From: Klebsormidium nitens
Lineage: Eukaryota; Plantae; Klebsormidiophyceae
NCBI GenBank assembly: GCA_000708835.1
Contig: DF237530.1
Location: forward strand, 1 to 56,110
Length of the DNA stretch: 56,110 nucleotides
Direction: 5' to 3'
A program made the translations under genes and the position numbers. Below are positions 11,701 to 24,465 of the stretch, one piece after another (the stretch's first letter is position 1; each line of letters starts with the position of its first letter). The notes beneath the pieces are model-generated. The model did no database searches, was not told the DNA's origin, and saw only the letters and a program-made list of their open reading frames with translations.

Positions 11701-12508
11701 ATCGACTCCCACCCTACTGGACACAAACAAGAAGTGCATCAATATGGGCCGCTGCATCTGACACCTTAACCAATGCAGCCTAAGCACCCAGACAAGAGAT
11801 CGCCTGAAAACCAACCTGCTGCTTGCAGCCTCCGTTTCCGCATCTGCCGCAAGGCTGCTGAGGGTTTTCACCGCATCGCTTATGCCCCCCTCACCCGATT
11901 CGTCAACAATTAACTGAACTATAGAAGGTTCTAGGATTGGGAATGCCCGCTGCAGATGTGCCACAAGATCATGCTGGACTTTTGGGACAACAGGGGTTTG
12001 TTTTCCAGATGATTGAACCAAGTCCGAAGTTGAGCCTGTCCCTCTACCGGGTTGCAGAGGTTGCTGGGGAAGTGAAGCTCCCCAGTTTCTAGTCATCCGC
12101 TGATTCGACATGCTTCTTGGCTGCCCCGCAAAACCCTCCTCTTTGCGAATAGAATCACGGTGCGCCGACCCCTGCGCCAACCTAATAAACACCCAGAACT
12201 TGGTTCAACAATGGAAAACCTTCCCTAACAGGCCGGGGGAAAGAACAAGCGACCGCCTCTTTCACCAAATGCACGAAGGGGACGCCACAAGCACGACATT
12301 CAAATAAAGCGGGCGCCATCTTCCCAGATCAGAATGCTTCCAGTCAAACCAGACCATCCACCCACTAGCGAGCTTCTTGGTTCACCTTCACGAAATTGGC
12401 GCGGCCAGGAGTTCATTGTTCAAGACTCAAGTGTGCATTGTGCAGTGTGCACAGCGGTCACTGGTGAGAAGTTCGTTAGGGGGCTCTTACAGAGTCTTCA
12501 GGACCCAT
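5713..12508 (-). CDS. Multi-exon CUE-repeat / DUF1771 / Smr-domain protein (Cue2/NONU-1/N4BP2-type Smr; resembles Arabidopsis At5g58720-type proteins)
   Basis: Spliced exons give the Smr motifs KIDVHGQLVQEAL (about 6290-6400) and LSIITGRGLHSENGKAKILPAVQKYL (about 5880-6010). DUF1771-like HWRACQYYFAE|AARARANREFSRAEALKEQ|GRKHKRLAEAANQVASSKIF. About five CUE-like units upstream. The phases checked are consistent. First exon MGPEDS (12508-12491) is tentative; an alternative ATG is at 12111. The 3' end may include one more intron. Confidence 0.85.
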
Positions 12509-13908
12509 CCCGGCGATCTGATTGGGCGAGTGACGTAAGCTTAACGCCAACCGAGGTTTCAGACTCCGCGTTAACATTGCAGCTGAGTTGGTGTTAATAA
12601 TAAGGACCGAGGCAGACTGTAATGTGGTGTCAAGGCTCCGCGCCGAGCCGCAGCCTGAATTGGTTGGCACTTCCTCCCGGTTTTTGGTAGTGATAACGCT
12701 GTACTCGCGGGCAGGACTGTGAGTGGTCGCACCGATTTTATTTTCTGTGTCAATATCACAGCAGAGCAGCGTATTGATGAAAAGTGACACTAGAAGCAAC
12801 ATTCGGTGCACATTTGCACGTCTGGAAGCCTGGATGCCGAGCTCGCACCGGATGTTGCAATTGGTGTCATTGAAGCAGTCACGAGTCATGAGCGTGCACG
12901 TTTGCACCGTGGGCCGTTTGCACCATGTTCGACAGTCTGGTGACCGATTGTACATTCAGTGTCAATAGATACAGATCCGGGCTCAAGAGCCCCCGGCACG
13001 CCTTCAGTACTCGTATACGGTATACCAGACGCTGCACGCCTTCCTACATACCGTCGATAAGGCCACGCGGCTGCATCTCAAAAGGTGAATATGGTAAAAT
13101 CCAAGTGCTTGGCATGTCGAGTTGACTGATGCTCGCGCGCTCCGCGTGGCAGTCGACTATGCAGTGTGGAGGCTGCTTGTAGCTCCAGGAAATTCATAGA
13201 ATCTTCAAATACGAGGTCAACTGTATATCTTAAAATGCACCCCGATCTTCAGTTGCACAGTGGAATCCAAGGAGTAAATTGATTGGTGTGGAACCTGCAT
13301 GCTCCATTTTCGTTTTTGTCCAATTGTTACCTTTAATGGCATGCTGCGGTACGTGTACTTTGCCGCTTTGCAGGAGTGCAAACGTGCTGGATCTGCCATC
13401 CGCAACCTGAAAGCGTCTATGGAAGCTCATTGCCTGGTTAGATCAGCGCACGAAGTTCATCACAGACATGCAATTGCAGATGAATCATGGACGTCCTTGT
13501 AACCTCATGCGCCAAAACAGCGCGAGCATGCATGACTTGTAAAAGTGGGTCGAAAACTCGAAATTGGTCAAGTAATATATACGGCTCCACCAGCGTGCTT
13601 GATCCGGCCTTCAGACAGTTCTTACCACCTTTTAATAAACAACTATTGGTCAAGGTACACCGGCAACCGAGTAGCCCAAGAAACTCGGTGCAAGACGAAG
13701 TACGTGCTTGCGGCCAGCTTCCTGAAACTCATCTGTATGACTTTCTCAAATATACAGAAAAACTTCCTCCGGAAAGATACTCCTCCGTCTACGCAACAAC
13801 ATTGCCCAGCCCTCGCATGCTGTACAACTCAACGTGTGGAACTATACAAACCGCAAAATTGACAACATCACTGCTTTACAAACCTGATTCCTAGAACGTC
13901 TGTGGACT

Positions 13909-16900
13909 CTAGAGGCCCGGAGGCTGCAGATTCGGTGGTATCGCTTGTAAAACGTTCCCTAGCGGAAGGTCCATAAGTGACCTCACCGGCTCCTCGTACC
14001 GGGCCGTCTTTTTCCATGTTTGCCACCACGGTCCGCCCCCAACTTCAAGAGCGCACATGCTACTCGTGGCGTGCACAATAACCTGCGGAGAAGGAAGCGA
14101 GTACTGGTCATGCGACAACAGAACCGGCGCATGGGACCCATTGATATCATCCGCTAGCGACCCCGCCAGGTCAGAAGTCTCTTTGAGTGAGTGCTCGGTA
14201 AGCAGAGTATTTAAAGAGCAGCATTTAGCCGTAAAACAACGAAGGGGGTCCGGAAACGGCTCAAAGACATGAAGCCATAAAGCATGTAATCGCTGCCGAA
14301 GCTTTACAAGCTTGTCATGCTGCTAGGGTGCACACTGGATGAGGGGAACATAACTATGTTATTAGGACGACTCTGCAACAGTCTCAACACCTTCTTCAAC
14401 GAGCTGAGCAAAGGTGCAAGCACGGGTGGCAAGTCCAGTGTTCTCCCAACCGTCGCTCGGTTGGGAGGTGAAGCTCAACGGTTCAATAGAACGACCAATG
14501 CCCGGACTGATTCTTCTACCGTGTTTCGAAATGCAGTTCTGATCAGGCGCGAGAGAGAGGAAAGTAAAGTTTCGAATGGGTCTGAATGGCCGTTTCGCCC
14601 GCATCAGGGTGCGGATCTCACCTTGCCGCGCATCTTTCCCTTGCGCTCCCATATTGTCAACTCCAGTTGCCCAAAGAACGTGTCTCGACAGAAAGGTGCC
14701 AGCCCCTTGTCGACCGTGGGCGCCCTCAACACGCAGCCCGCCTCACTCGTGGTCGCCAGGATCTCAATCTGGTGGATACAGGACAATCGTCGTGATCACG
14801 CAGAAATAGGACACGAATGTGCTCGAAGGAGACATTCAGGTCAACACGACGCAATTTTGCGAGGAGAATCAACTAGACGCAGTTTTGCGAGGAGGGTGGA
14901 TCGCAATGAACTGTATGTTCTCCTTCGGAATTGGTTTCAATGACAGCAACCTTTTTGAATAGAGTCTTTCTGCATAAAAATGACAACGGATTAAAAAACA
15001 GAAGTGAACTTGTCCGAACGCTCAAGCGAGAGGGTTTGGCAGCGCCTGAGTGGCAAAAGGCGGCAAGATTTGCTGCAGTCTCCACAGGTCGATTCTGTGC
15101 GAGCCCCAGAAACACACCCGACCCTCGAGAAAACCCTCGAGAAATCCCAAGCAATAATCAAACTACAAGCTTTTGAAAATGCCAGGACAACCCTTGTTTG
15201 GGCTGAGATTCACTGCAGAATAGTGTTTGCCTTGAACGCGGTCGACAGCCCACCCGATGCCTAAAGGAAGCCTTCTGTCGAGACCAACTCAAAGCTACGC
15301 GATCCACGAGGCGAACGGTACGGACGCACTTTCCAGCTTTGATAAGCATCCTTTATGGTGAGATACAAAGCTGAGCCAGGTGAGACCATAGGAAGGGAGA
15401 TCAAAAAGCACCAGAACTCGAACCACATATTGCATAACAGACCCGAACTCTATTGGCTTCCATCGTGGCAGTTTTCGGCAGAAAGTTTCAAGAACGAAAC
15501 TCGAACGCGCAACGCATCATAAACTACAGCAATATCGTTGTCCTGGAGACCATGTCCATTGCACTTCAAAGAGGGCCACAAAGTTATTTGTTTGACGGGA
15601 TCACAACAGCGCAACGGGGATCTCAACTCATTTCATGTCGTCCCAATTTCCTGACTGTGGCCCGCAACGACCTCCTAGTCAACAGATCTCTTTCATTTTT
15701 CAAACTAAAGTTGTTCCTCAATGTGCCCTCTGGAAAAGGGGGAAGAAGGAGCGTGGCCGTACCTCATAGTCCGCTCGCTTGCCGGTCATGTGCCACCGCC
15801 CCCAGGGCTCAATTTCCCACGAGACGGACCCGTCCTCCACCCACGGAATGAACTCGTAATGCCGCCCCTGATGGTGCACGCCGAGCTGCAGCAATCAAAG
15901 CAAGAAATTTTACATCATTTCGGGTTTGCTGAATCAATCCTGTGCGACTTTCTTAAGCAACTGGCGAGAGACGGTTGAGGTAAGACCCCGTTTCAAACTT
16001 TCGCCGTTCATAATTATCAAGAAGCGGCCTCTGAGACGCGACCGTTCGTGTCAACGAGTGGCCCGTCATGGCAAAAGGGCCAACTTAGCATCAAACAATC
16101 TCTCAAGTCAGATGACAAGCGGAGTCCTCGTGGGCTTACGTATCATTCAAGCGGGACTTGTCACCTAAAAGCTCGTCACAGGTTTGAGGGCGAGCGGGCG
16201 GCTTACCATGGCGACTTCTTCGGACACGTCAGGCAGTAGCGGCAGGCCGCGTCGCCCTCCCCCAGCAGTGATTGCAAGGTCGTCTGTTTCGTTGAACACG
16301 TTACATTGGACCTGCCAGAGGAGCAAGCGATGAAAGTTGAGCACAACTTGGCTCCGGTGGGGCTGGGCGAACGAAATGGCAATCGACAGGAGGCGAATCA
16401 TATGCACGATGAGGCAGCGCTTTGGACTGGATGCGAGCGTTGGAACAAGGCCTTTGATGACGCATGAGGGGAGGCGCTGTTGAGGTGTGCGTCGTGGCTC
16501 CAGCTAGCTCCATAGGATACAAGTTGTCATTCGGTTATTTGTTGGTGTACCTCAGCTTTGCTCTAGTGGACAGTACGGGACAGATCAGCATGACAGTGGT
16601 AAGTCCGACCTTTCGATCGACTTTCCGTCAATGGAAGACTGGTCGAGCTTCACAAACGGCGCAGATCGAAAGCGAGCGGACAACCAGATCTGACGCACTT
16701 CGCAAAATAAACCTTCGATTCCTTCCGTTTCAAATTTTCGACCATCGAAGCAGATGTGAGATTCCACCCATCCAAAACGACCAATCCGGGCTCGGCGCTC
16801 ACCCAGAACCACCTCAGCGGAAACGCCCCGCCCCAGTTCTTCTCGGCATACGCCGGCGCGTTCTGGAACACAAACCGCCGCTCCCCCCACTGCAACCACC

Positions 16901-19038
16901 CGCTCGCCAATCCGTGCGCCAGGTTCACTTGCCAGTGCGGCTCGAACACAGGAAGCGCGGCCAACCATCCCGCTGTGGCTTTCTGGGGGGCGCCCGTGTC
17001 CCCCCATCCGTAGATTGGCCGAATCTGGTAGTCCCAGCTGACTTCGGGAACGATTCTCCACTCTTCGAGGCCGTTTGGGGGCTGGTTGTTGTGGCGTATG
17101 TGACCTTGGTGGAAGGTGGGGGTGATCTGGAAGCCATCAGCGACACGGGCGGAGAAGTCCTGGGAAAGATAATTTGATCGGATGAAGAAGAGTGACAGCT
17201 TTAGCTTCGGAGGCTAAGTGGAGATGCGCACGAGCTTCAGGGACTTTATCAAGTGTGCTGCCACCAGACGAGCATCATTCGAGATTGCAACTGGAATGTT
17301 GCATGGGTCGAAACGTCACCAATCGGTCTCAAAGTCACAGTACAAGCAAAGGAACAATGATCGCCTCAGTTCAGCCCTCATGATGTTGCATGGGTCGAGA
17401 ATCCACGAATCGGACTCGATCTCATATACTCAATCTCATAAAACAATTGCCTCAATGCAGCCCTGATGATGCAAAGGGAAAGAAGAAATGGAGGACGAGG
17501 TCTTTCACAGTTTAAGAGTTCAACCAGTACTAGCTTGCATCACTGTCCCATACCAGTTTGATTGCCTGGGATTAGAGGCAGATTGTGAGAGGTTGAACGC
17601 TTATAAGAATTCATGCAACCTTTTACAAGTAGCTAAGATGCTGACAGTATGAATCCAAGAAAGCGGCTGTGCCGCGTAGTTCACTCACCGCGGTTGAAGT
17701 AGGACCGTCCAGAGGCTCCCTGCCTTGATATGCTGGCGTCGCTCTGAAAGTGTTGCCCAATGAAAGGTCCCGTTTGCCTGCGAGCAGTGCTCTATCGGTT
17801 GCCAGAAATCTCCTTCCTGACATTGTGCGTGTAGCTTCTGTACTTTGTATCTGCCGACAGCTCTTTTCGTTCGGGGCAATCGATTATGCATCAGGAAGCA
17901 TGTACATCAATGAACAATTCGGACCAAAACAGAACGATGCAGAGCTCTTACTCTACAGCCATTCAAAGCTTTAACTACAGACTTGAAGTATGTTGGCTTC
18001 CAAGATCGGATCCTCAGGATACCAAATGACTGATGCGTTTAGTGCCTCAATGGCTCGATTGCACATACGTCAGGAAACAACCACTCACTTGCCCAGAACC
18101 TTGACACGTCCGTTTCGTACTGACAAATATACTCATCGTCAGGCCCCAAGATCTGCGCCCCGGCCGCAGAGAAGCGGTGCTTGTCCCCGAGGGAAAGGAG
18201 TGAGGCGGGCCGGCCGGCGGGGTCCTCAATGGAGTACATGAAGGCAAAGCTCTGGCGCACCTCGGGGATCGAGACGCGGAAGTACCAGCCCTCAAAGAAG
18301 CGCCGGCTGGAGCCGTCAAAGTGATACCTGAGGGCAAGTAGTGCTTTGTGATGAAAACATGGCAAACAAGTCTAATGGTCATCCTGAGTTTTAAATATAT
18401 GGAAGGGCCTCCGAGGTACTCATGGCTGTTGTTGCGAAGCGTGAAATACCAACAGGAAGGAAGGAAGCAAGGTCTATCTTCCTCACAACTGGATCTACTG
18501 CAAACACGTTTCCTTACGGTGGCCCAGCATCTGCTGCTGAGAGAAGCAGCTTGATATTTGCAAGTTTGATGCAATCCTCTTCAAACGACCAAGCGCTTCT
18601 GAACCCCAAGTGTACATGCAAAAGAAAGTGAATCAGCTCGTAGTGTCTGGCATTCTAGCCTTCAATCTTGCCACCAATTTCTTGTAACTTGTAAGGCATG
18701 ACAATCTCCTGGACCACCCACCCACTGTGTGGAGTTCGTGTCGACTCTATAGTCGGCAACAAACGCCCGTTCCCCCACCCTGCGCTTTCTCCCTTCCCAG
18801 TCACATTTTGAGGGGACGCTGGAGATGATGTAACCTGCATGTCTTGCACCGCTTCTATCTGTCTGCGCTTATGGAAGCGCATGGGCTTGCGAACTGCATT
18901 CTTGCTCCATATGCGAGCAGACTGAACCCCCAATGAGCCTGAGAGCTGCAGATTGCTGGGAAGAAGATCCTGGCGCGCAGGAGACAGTCCTGTCCAGTTG
19001 CCTGCCGGCAGATGGATTGGCAAGCTGACCGCCCCCAT
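13909..19038 (-). CDS. VTE1: Tocopherol cyclase (chloroplast), 8 exons, about 516 aa
   Basis: Exons 19038-18722, 18327-18089, 17777-17689, 17159-16803, 16311-16207, 15885-15763, 14768-14622 and 14082-13909 total 1551 nt in one frame. Motifs RTPHSG|YHFDG..FFEGWYFRVSIPE, FEPHWQ, EKNWGGAFP, EVGGGPW and C-terminal PPGL. Exon 1 encodes a transit-peptide-like N-terminus. Confidence 0.96.
17296..17471. repeat. Diverged ~87-bp tandem duplication in VTE1 intron 3
   Basis: ATGTTGCATGGGTCGA at 17296 and 17383, each followed by a similar aacaat..gcctca..cagccct block. Confidence 0.75.
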
Positions 19039-19992
19039 TGAAGGTCAATGCTTACAGCTACACTGAAGAAGAATCTTTCTGGCGCCTCGACCAGCCTCGA
19101 CCAGAGGACTTTTGCTATCTAACAGCCTGATCAAAAGGACTGCACTAGCCCAAGAGTCTCTTCTGCATGCGAATTCCTCATGCAGGGAAGACGCCCCACC
19201 TCGATTCCCTGCCTACGTGGAGGTTGATCTAGCACGTTTGTCTGCCTGGTTGAACTAGGGCCTGAGGGGGGTTCTTCAGATTCGTGTATTAGGCCTTATG
19301 TGAATACGCTCTGGCACAAAGCGCCGGCACCGGAGAAAAGAAACGTTGGCCCTTCTCCCGTGATAGAATATTAAAGACGTATCGGCCCTAATTCCGGAAT
19401 TTTGCAATTGCGGACGGGTGAAGCAAAAACCTTATTGCGGATTCGGTCGGTAAGTTGACACACGGTGTTCGGAATAGCGTTTGAACCATCCAGAACTGTA
19501 ACTGGTGAAAGTCCCAGCGTGCTCGGTAGACTGCTCTCTTAGGTCCGGAATACGGTTTTTGCTTTACCCGTCCGTAATTGCGAAATTCCGGAATTGGGGC
19601 CTCAATACATCTTACATTAATACAAGCAGTGCAGTGCTGCCGGTTCGTGGAACGGGGTGGAGCAGTACAGCGACTGTTTCAATTATACACGTGTGCAAAT
19701 TTCCACAGCTTGATATCTCAGAGTCACACCTTACAAGAGCTCACCACATGCATTTGCTTCGTGGAGCAGGAAGCTGGTATCGCAGCCTGAGCAGGGCAAT
19801 ACCTTCGAACTTGGAAGCTGTCTGAGGGACCTGAGGAAGGCAGAACGGTTCACGCTGTACCTAGTGCCATTGGCGACTTTCAAAGCTTCAGAAAAGGTTC
19901 CAAAATTGGGCGCAACGCTGTCATTTTATGTCAACAACTCTGTGGCACATGTGGTGAAAGAGTTTCACCTCGTGTTGGTCGTTTTGCAAAGC
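19039..19992. promoter_or_regulatory. Divergent (bidirectional) promoter region of VTE1 and FCF2
   Basis: ATGs point apart, about 950 bp apart. Contains two copies of the palindrome AATTCCGGAATT (19390 and 19584). Confidence 0.65.
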
Positions 19993-22593
19993 ATGGCAAG
20001 CACAAGTGGGAGGGATGAAGAAGAGGACAGTCTTCTCGACCTTATGGCAAGTGCCATGATCAATCAGCTCAAAGCAAAAGACAGAGGGAAGAAAGTGCAG
20101 AAGACTGGGTCCAAGCAAACACTGGAGGGTGCAGCTGGCCAAAAAGGGGGCGAGGCCAACTTCATCTCTGCAAAGGACGAAGAGTGAGGACAATATGGGC
20201 CTTAAATCTGGTGCACATCGGTGGTGATGCAGACAGTTGCACAGAGAGACTTGGTAATGGTTCGGTCCGGATCATGGAGCGTTGATGTAGGGGGATATAA
20301 AAGGGCGCAATGCTTTGGCTGCTGGGCTGTTTGACACAATTGGCCTTCTGAGGTGGTTTGAGTAACGAGGGCTGTCTGTCTGGTTCAATCGGACCGAAAT
20401 TCCTAAGCAAGTTTAAGGAAGTGCTTTTCAACTTGCAGGTGAACGTTCACTTTCAGATTCTTATGCTGTTTTCAGTGCTAGAAGGCCCAAAACACCCAGC
20501 CTCCTGCGCCCCTTCTCTTTATTGAGGAAATTTCTGTGTTGTGAGCATCGCAACGGCCTTTGCAGGCGAGGTTGTTGGTCTGTCCGCTCTCGAAAGATAG
20601 CAAGCACCTGGGTACTGTTTCTGAAATCTGGAGTGTCATCCTTCTACAGTGAAGCCGCCCTTGAGGCTGCCCTGGCGTCGAAGCAGCTCAGCTGGATGCC
20701 TGACCTGGGGCTGGTAGCTTCTTCAGAAGGCACCGGGCTCAAGAGCGGACAGCTAGAATCCAACAAAAAGCTGCTCAAAATACCGTCTCTTATAGAAAAA
20801 GACGGGCCCCTGCCACTTAGGAACCCGCGGAAGGAGAGGAGGGAGGCACAAAAAGCGAAGGCACAAACCGCTGGGCCAAAGTGGTAAGTCCTCTGCCTGT
20901 TTTGAGAGCTTGCCTATGAGCTTCTCTTTCAAGTGCGGGGAGCTGCTAGCGAGCTGCGACAGTTTCCTTTCTAACGAATAAAGTTTTGTAGCAGGCCCCC
21001 ATCAGGCCTTTAGGCGGAAAGCTGTATGGTGCTTGATCGTTAAAGTTGTCGGGATTTCATAGGGGACAGGTTGGCCCCTTGTGTGCCCCGCTCTTATGTT
21101 TCAGTACAGCAGTCACAATCTGGATAATCACTGCTGACAGCGCTTCCTTGTCGCTTGCCAGGTTTGACCTGCCTGCCACTCCAATCACACCGGAAGTGAA
21201 GAGAGACTTCAGACTCTTGAAGGTAGGTTCTCATAGTTTCCCTGTTCTACATTGAATTGAGAATCAAGCAGCTCTGCTTAGGATGAGGCCCTTGTGCCTA
21301 CTCTCTTCCCTTGAACGGTTCAGCATCTTCGCCCCATTTTACATGACGCACTGGGTGCGCAGCCGTATGTTACCCCCGCAAGTGTTGAGAGGGTTCGTTA
21401 GACTGACCAGCAGCCCAATCTCGTAAAAAAGCTTTGATTTCGGAGGGTTGACAACATGCCATCAAATTTGCCTTGGCGGCTAGTACTTTGGACTGCGGCT
21501 GGTGTCAGCCTTATTGTCTCCATACGCAAAGTCGGATCTTAGATTTGATGCAAGAGGTGTGTACAAGAGCTGCCCTGATTAGATGGCCACTTTCTCTGAG
21601 CAGCTGCCGCCCTCGAACTGAAATCTGCAGGAGGGGAGATGTATTTGTGAGGACGAGAGTTGTTTTCTCACAAAGGCTTCATAACCGTTACAGCTTCGAG
21701 GGGTCCTCGATCCAAAGCGGCACTACAAGGCACCGGACTCCACGAAGTTCCCCAAGTACTTCCAGGTACGAGGCCAGTATTCCTTCCGGTTTTGCATCAG
21801 AATGCTTTTAAAAGCACACTTTGTTCTGCTCCTACGGGAAAGCCCACTTGAGGCAACGACCAGCTTCTCTGGAATGATTGCAAGGTGCGGCCAGTGTTGA
21901 TCGATGTCCACCGTGTCGCTGTATAACTCTAGGGTTTGGATGCACTCATGTATTGCTTGATTTCCTTCCAAGAGCCTCCTCTCATGCTGTCCTGTAAATG
22001 TTTGCAGATAGGGACTGTTGTTGAGGGCCCCACAGAATTCTACTCCGGGCGCTTGACCAAGTCGGAACGCAAGCCATCACTTACTGCGGAGCTGCTTGCC
22101 GATGACAAATTGAAAAGCTACAGGTCAGTACTCACTCATCTCTGGGACCTTCTTCTGAGGTTGAAGTTCTTTCAGAAGCTTTTACAGAAGCTTTTACACA
22201 AGCTTTTCAGGCGGTGATTTGCTGTAGCTCCATCGACCCCGACTACAATCGCGTTACAGCCTTGTGCTATTAGCCGTGTTGGTTCTGTATGCTGTCAAAT
22301 TCGTCGTGAAGCATCCTGTCGACTCTTGATTACGAACAGCCCAACGGCCTTTCAAAAAGTTGTCTCAGGGCAAGTCTTCTTTGCCTGTATCACCAGTAAA
22401 CTGAGGGTTGTGTTGGAACGTCTGGTTGCATTAACGTCTGGATGTGTCGTCTGTTGCTGATATTCATCGTACGTCGTGTTCTCCATGCAGGAAACGGAAG
22501 TACGGTGAAATCCAGCAAGAAAAAGAGTCCGGGGGGAAGAAATGGTTCAAGAAGAAAAAGAACAAGCAGAAGCCAAACTGGGCCCGCTCGTAG
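19993..22593 (+). CDS. FCF2: rRNA-processing protein Fcf2 / DNTTIP2-like, 6 exons, about 258 aa
   Basis: Exons 19993-20183, 20650-20883, 21162-21222, 21694-21765, 22008-22123 and 22491-22593 total 777 nt. Fcf2 motif TAGPKWFDLPA...KRDFRLLKLRGVLDPKRHYK...PKYFQIGTVVEGPTEFYSGRLTKSERK...RKRKYGEIQ. Confidence 0.94.
22173..22208 (+). repeat. 12-bp microtandem (CAGAAGCTTTTA x about 3) in FCF2 intron 5
   Basis: cagaagctttta cagaagctttta cacaagcttttc read directly. Confidence 0.8.
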
Positions 22594-24465
22594 TGTTCTC
22601 AAATTGGATAGTTCCAGACATGCAGTCTGCCCTGCCTCGTCGGATCTTAACTGCTCGCTTGAATTCGGCGGTTGAAGGCATCCAATGTGTCCCGACATCC
22701 TGACACACCGGTTAAGATCATCCAGTTAAGCATGTGCAGTGCTCTGCTTCCGCCTGAGATGCTGCCAATGGGGCTGCGCCCCTCTCCATGGAAGGCCTCA
22801 AGCTCTCTCCCTCACCGCCACCATGGTGTGGCTCAGTTCTGTCCCAGCCTGCCCTCCGCCCATCCACTTCAGCTCGTTTGAGTTTCACTCCGCTGATTTC
22901 TTGAGTTAACTTCACTCCAAAGTGACGGTCACGGTTCTTGTACTAGCACCCTGTTCAGCAATATAACAACACGAATCCTGTGTATGTTCAAATCGACTTG
23001 AACTATGGACTGCAAAAAGTCTGTCAGAGTAGGCCACAACCTTGTATTGAACCCAGTTTCCGATCATTTGTCCAATTGACAAAGTATGCAGCATAGAGTA
23101 TAAGAAGAGAATGCGTGATGTATGCATTGCTAGTAAGTTTGCAACCGAGCCCGTTGCGAGGAAATCTACTTTCGAACATGCACGGACTCAATGATGATCG
23201 CCAGCAACATAGTTGTCAGCATTGGGAGGTGGTAAGAAGCTCGTCAGAAGCCTCCGCATAGCGTCTGACTTAGATCCCGAATGCCCCATTATGCGCGAAT
23301 GACAATGCACATGTATCCATATGAACCCTGCTGCCTCAAATTGCCGGGGCCTATGCGACTCTGGCAACAAAATCCGCAAGTTGGACAACGGAAACGTTCC
23401 GCACAGCTCACTAGGCCGTTAAGAAAGGCGACAAACTACCGTAGATTAGCGTTGCAAAGGACCGTTGATGCTTTCATCGAACGGCTAAAATGGTATTGGG
23501 CCGACGGGAAGGTCCCCGTCTAAATGACCGTCTGCCGTCCCGGACTCACCGTAGCGGTAATCCGCATGTGGGCCCGGCTTTCATAGCCTATGTTAAAATC
23601 GCGTGCCTAGTTGCCAGTTCGTAGCAGCCTAGTCAGCAGCTCAGCCCGAGCAGACCTCCGCTTCTTGCGTTATATGGGGGCGTGAAGATTTTGCGACAAA
23701 CCAATGGAGCACTTGGGAAAGGAGACTCTTACGTGCAGGAGCCTGAGGCATCTCAGAAGATGCTGCTGCCCCAGATTGTGAGCACAGAGGATCTCTAGTC
23801 CAATCATCCGTGCAGTAGTCTGATCCTTGCACTGCAGGTTTGCAGTTGACCTGCAAATGGTGAATCCTCTGCTGATGGAGTTTCAAGTCGAAAGCTCGCC
23901 ATTCAATGTTGACTTACTGTGAAGAGTGTTAAGAAAAGGGAACTCATCGTCAAGCCCAGGACTGTTCTGTGCGTGTGGTGATTTGGCATTCATGTAAGCC
24001 CAGCGCGATTTCTCACAGCAGAGATTGCCTCTTGCGGTTGCGAGCCCCTCAGCATTGTATTGGAACACATCCTTTAGACCTGTTTTGAGACACTCCAAGG
24101 TGGGGTTCAGACAGAGGGCCGGGGTGAGAAGTGCCACTAGTGTCATGGACTGTGAAGGTCCCCTCGTGCATGAGGTGAGCGTTCTGATGTGGTTGCAGTT
24201 GACTGCTGTCAGTGTTCCAAGGCTCCTTCTCAATGCACTGTAACTCCACACATGATGCCTTCTCTTTCTGTAGTCTCCCAGCTTAGCGATTCATATCTTT
24301 GCATGAAGCTTGGTCAGGCTTTCACTTGCACGAAAGGAATGTATCGTCATGGCCAGGAATTGACAACACCCTCAGAGGCCTGTTGCTTTGTCATGTTGGA
24401 CAGTGCAGGACTTCTCCTTGTCTGACGGCCTATCCATTCTACTCAAATTGTCAGTTCTTTCCCAG

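Noticed and set aside
12476-12955. 159-aa minus-strand ORF upstream of the Smr gene
   Set aside because: No domain-like composition; only its last codons (MGPEDS plus a GTAAGA donor) fit as the tentative first exon of the Smr gene.
17040-17100. Apparent frameshift in VTE1 exon 4 suggested by the fragmented ORF track
   Set aside because: Re-reading gives a continuous HNNQPPNGLEEWRIVPEVSWDY; the exon is intact.
20184-22490. Intronic snoRNAs in FCF2
   Set aside because: Only imperfect C-box-like words were found, with no convincing C/D pair with terminal stem or H/ACA hairpins.
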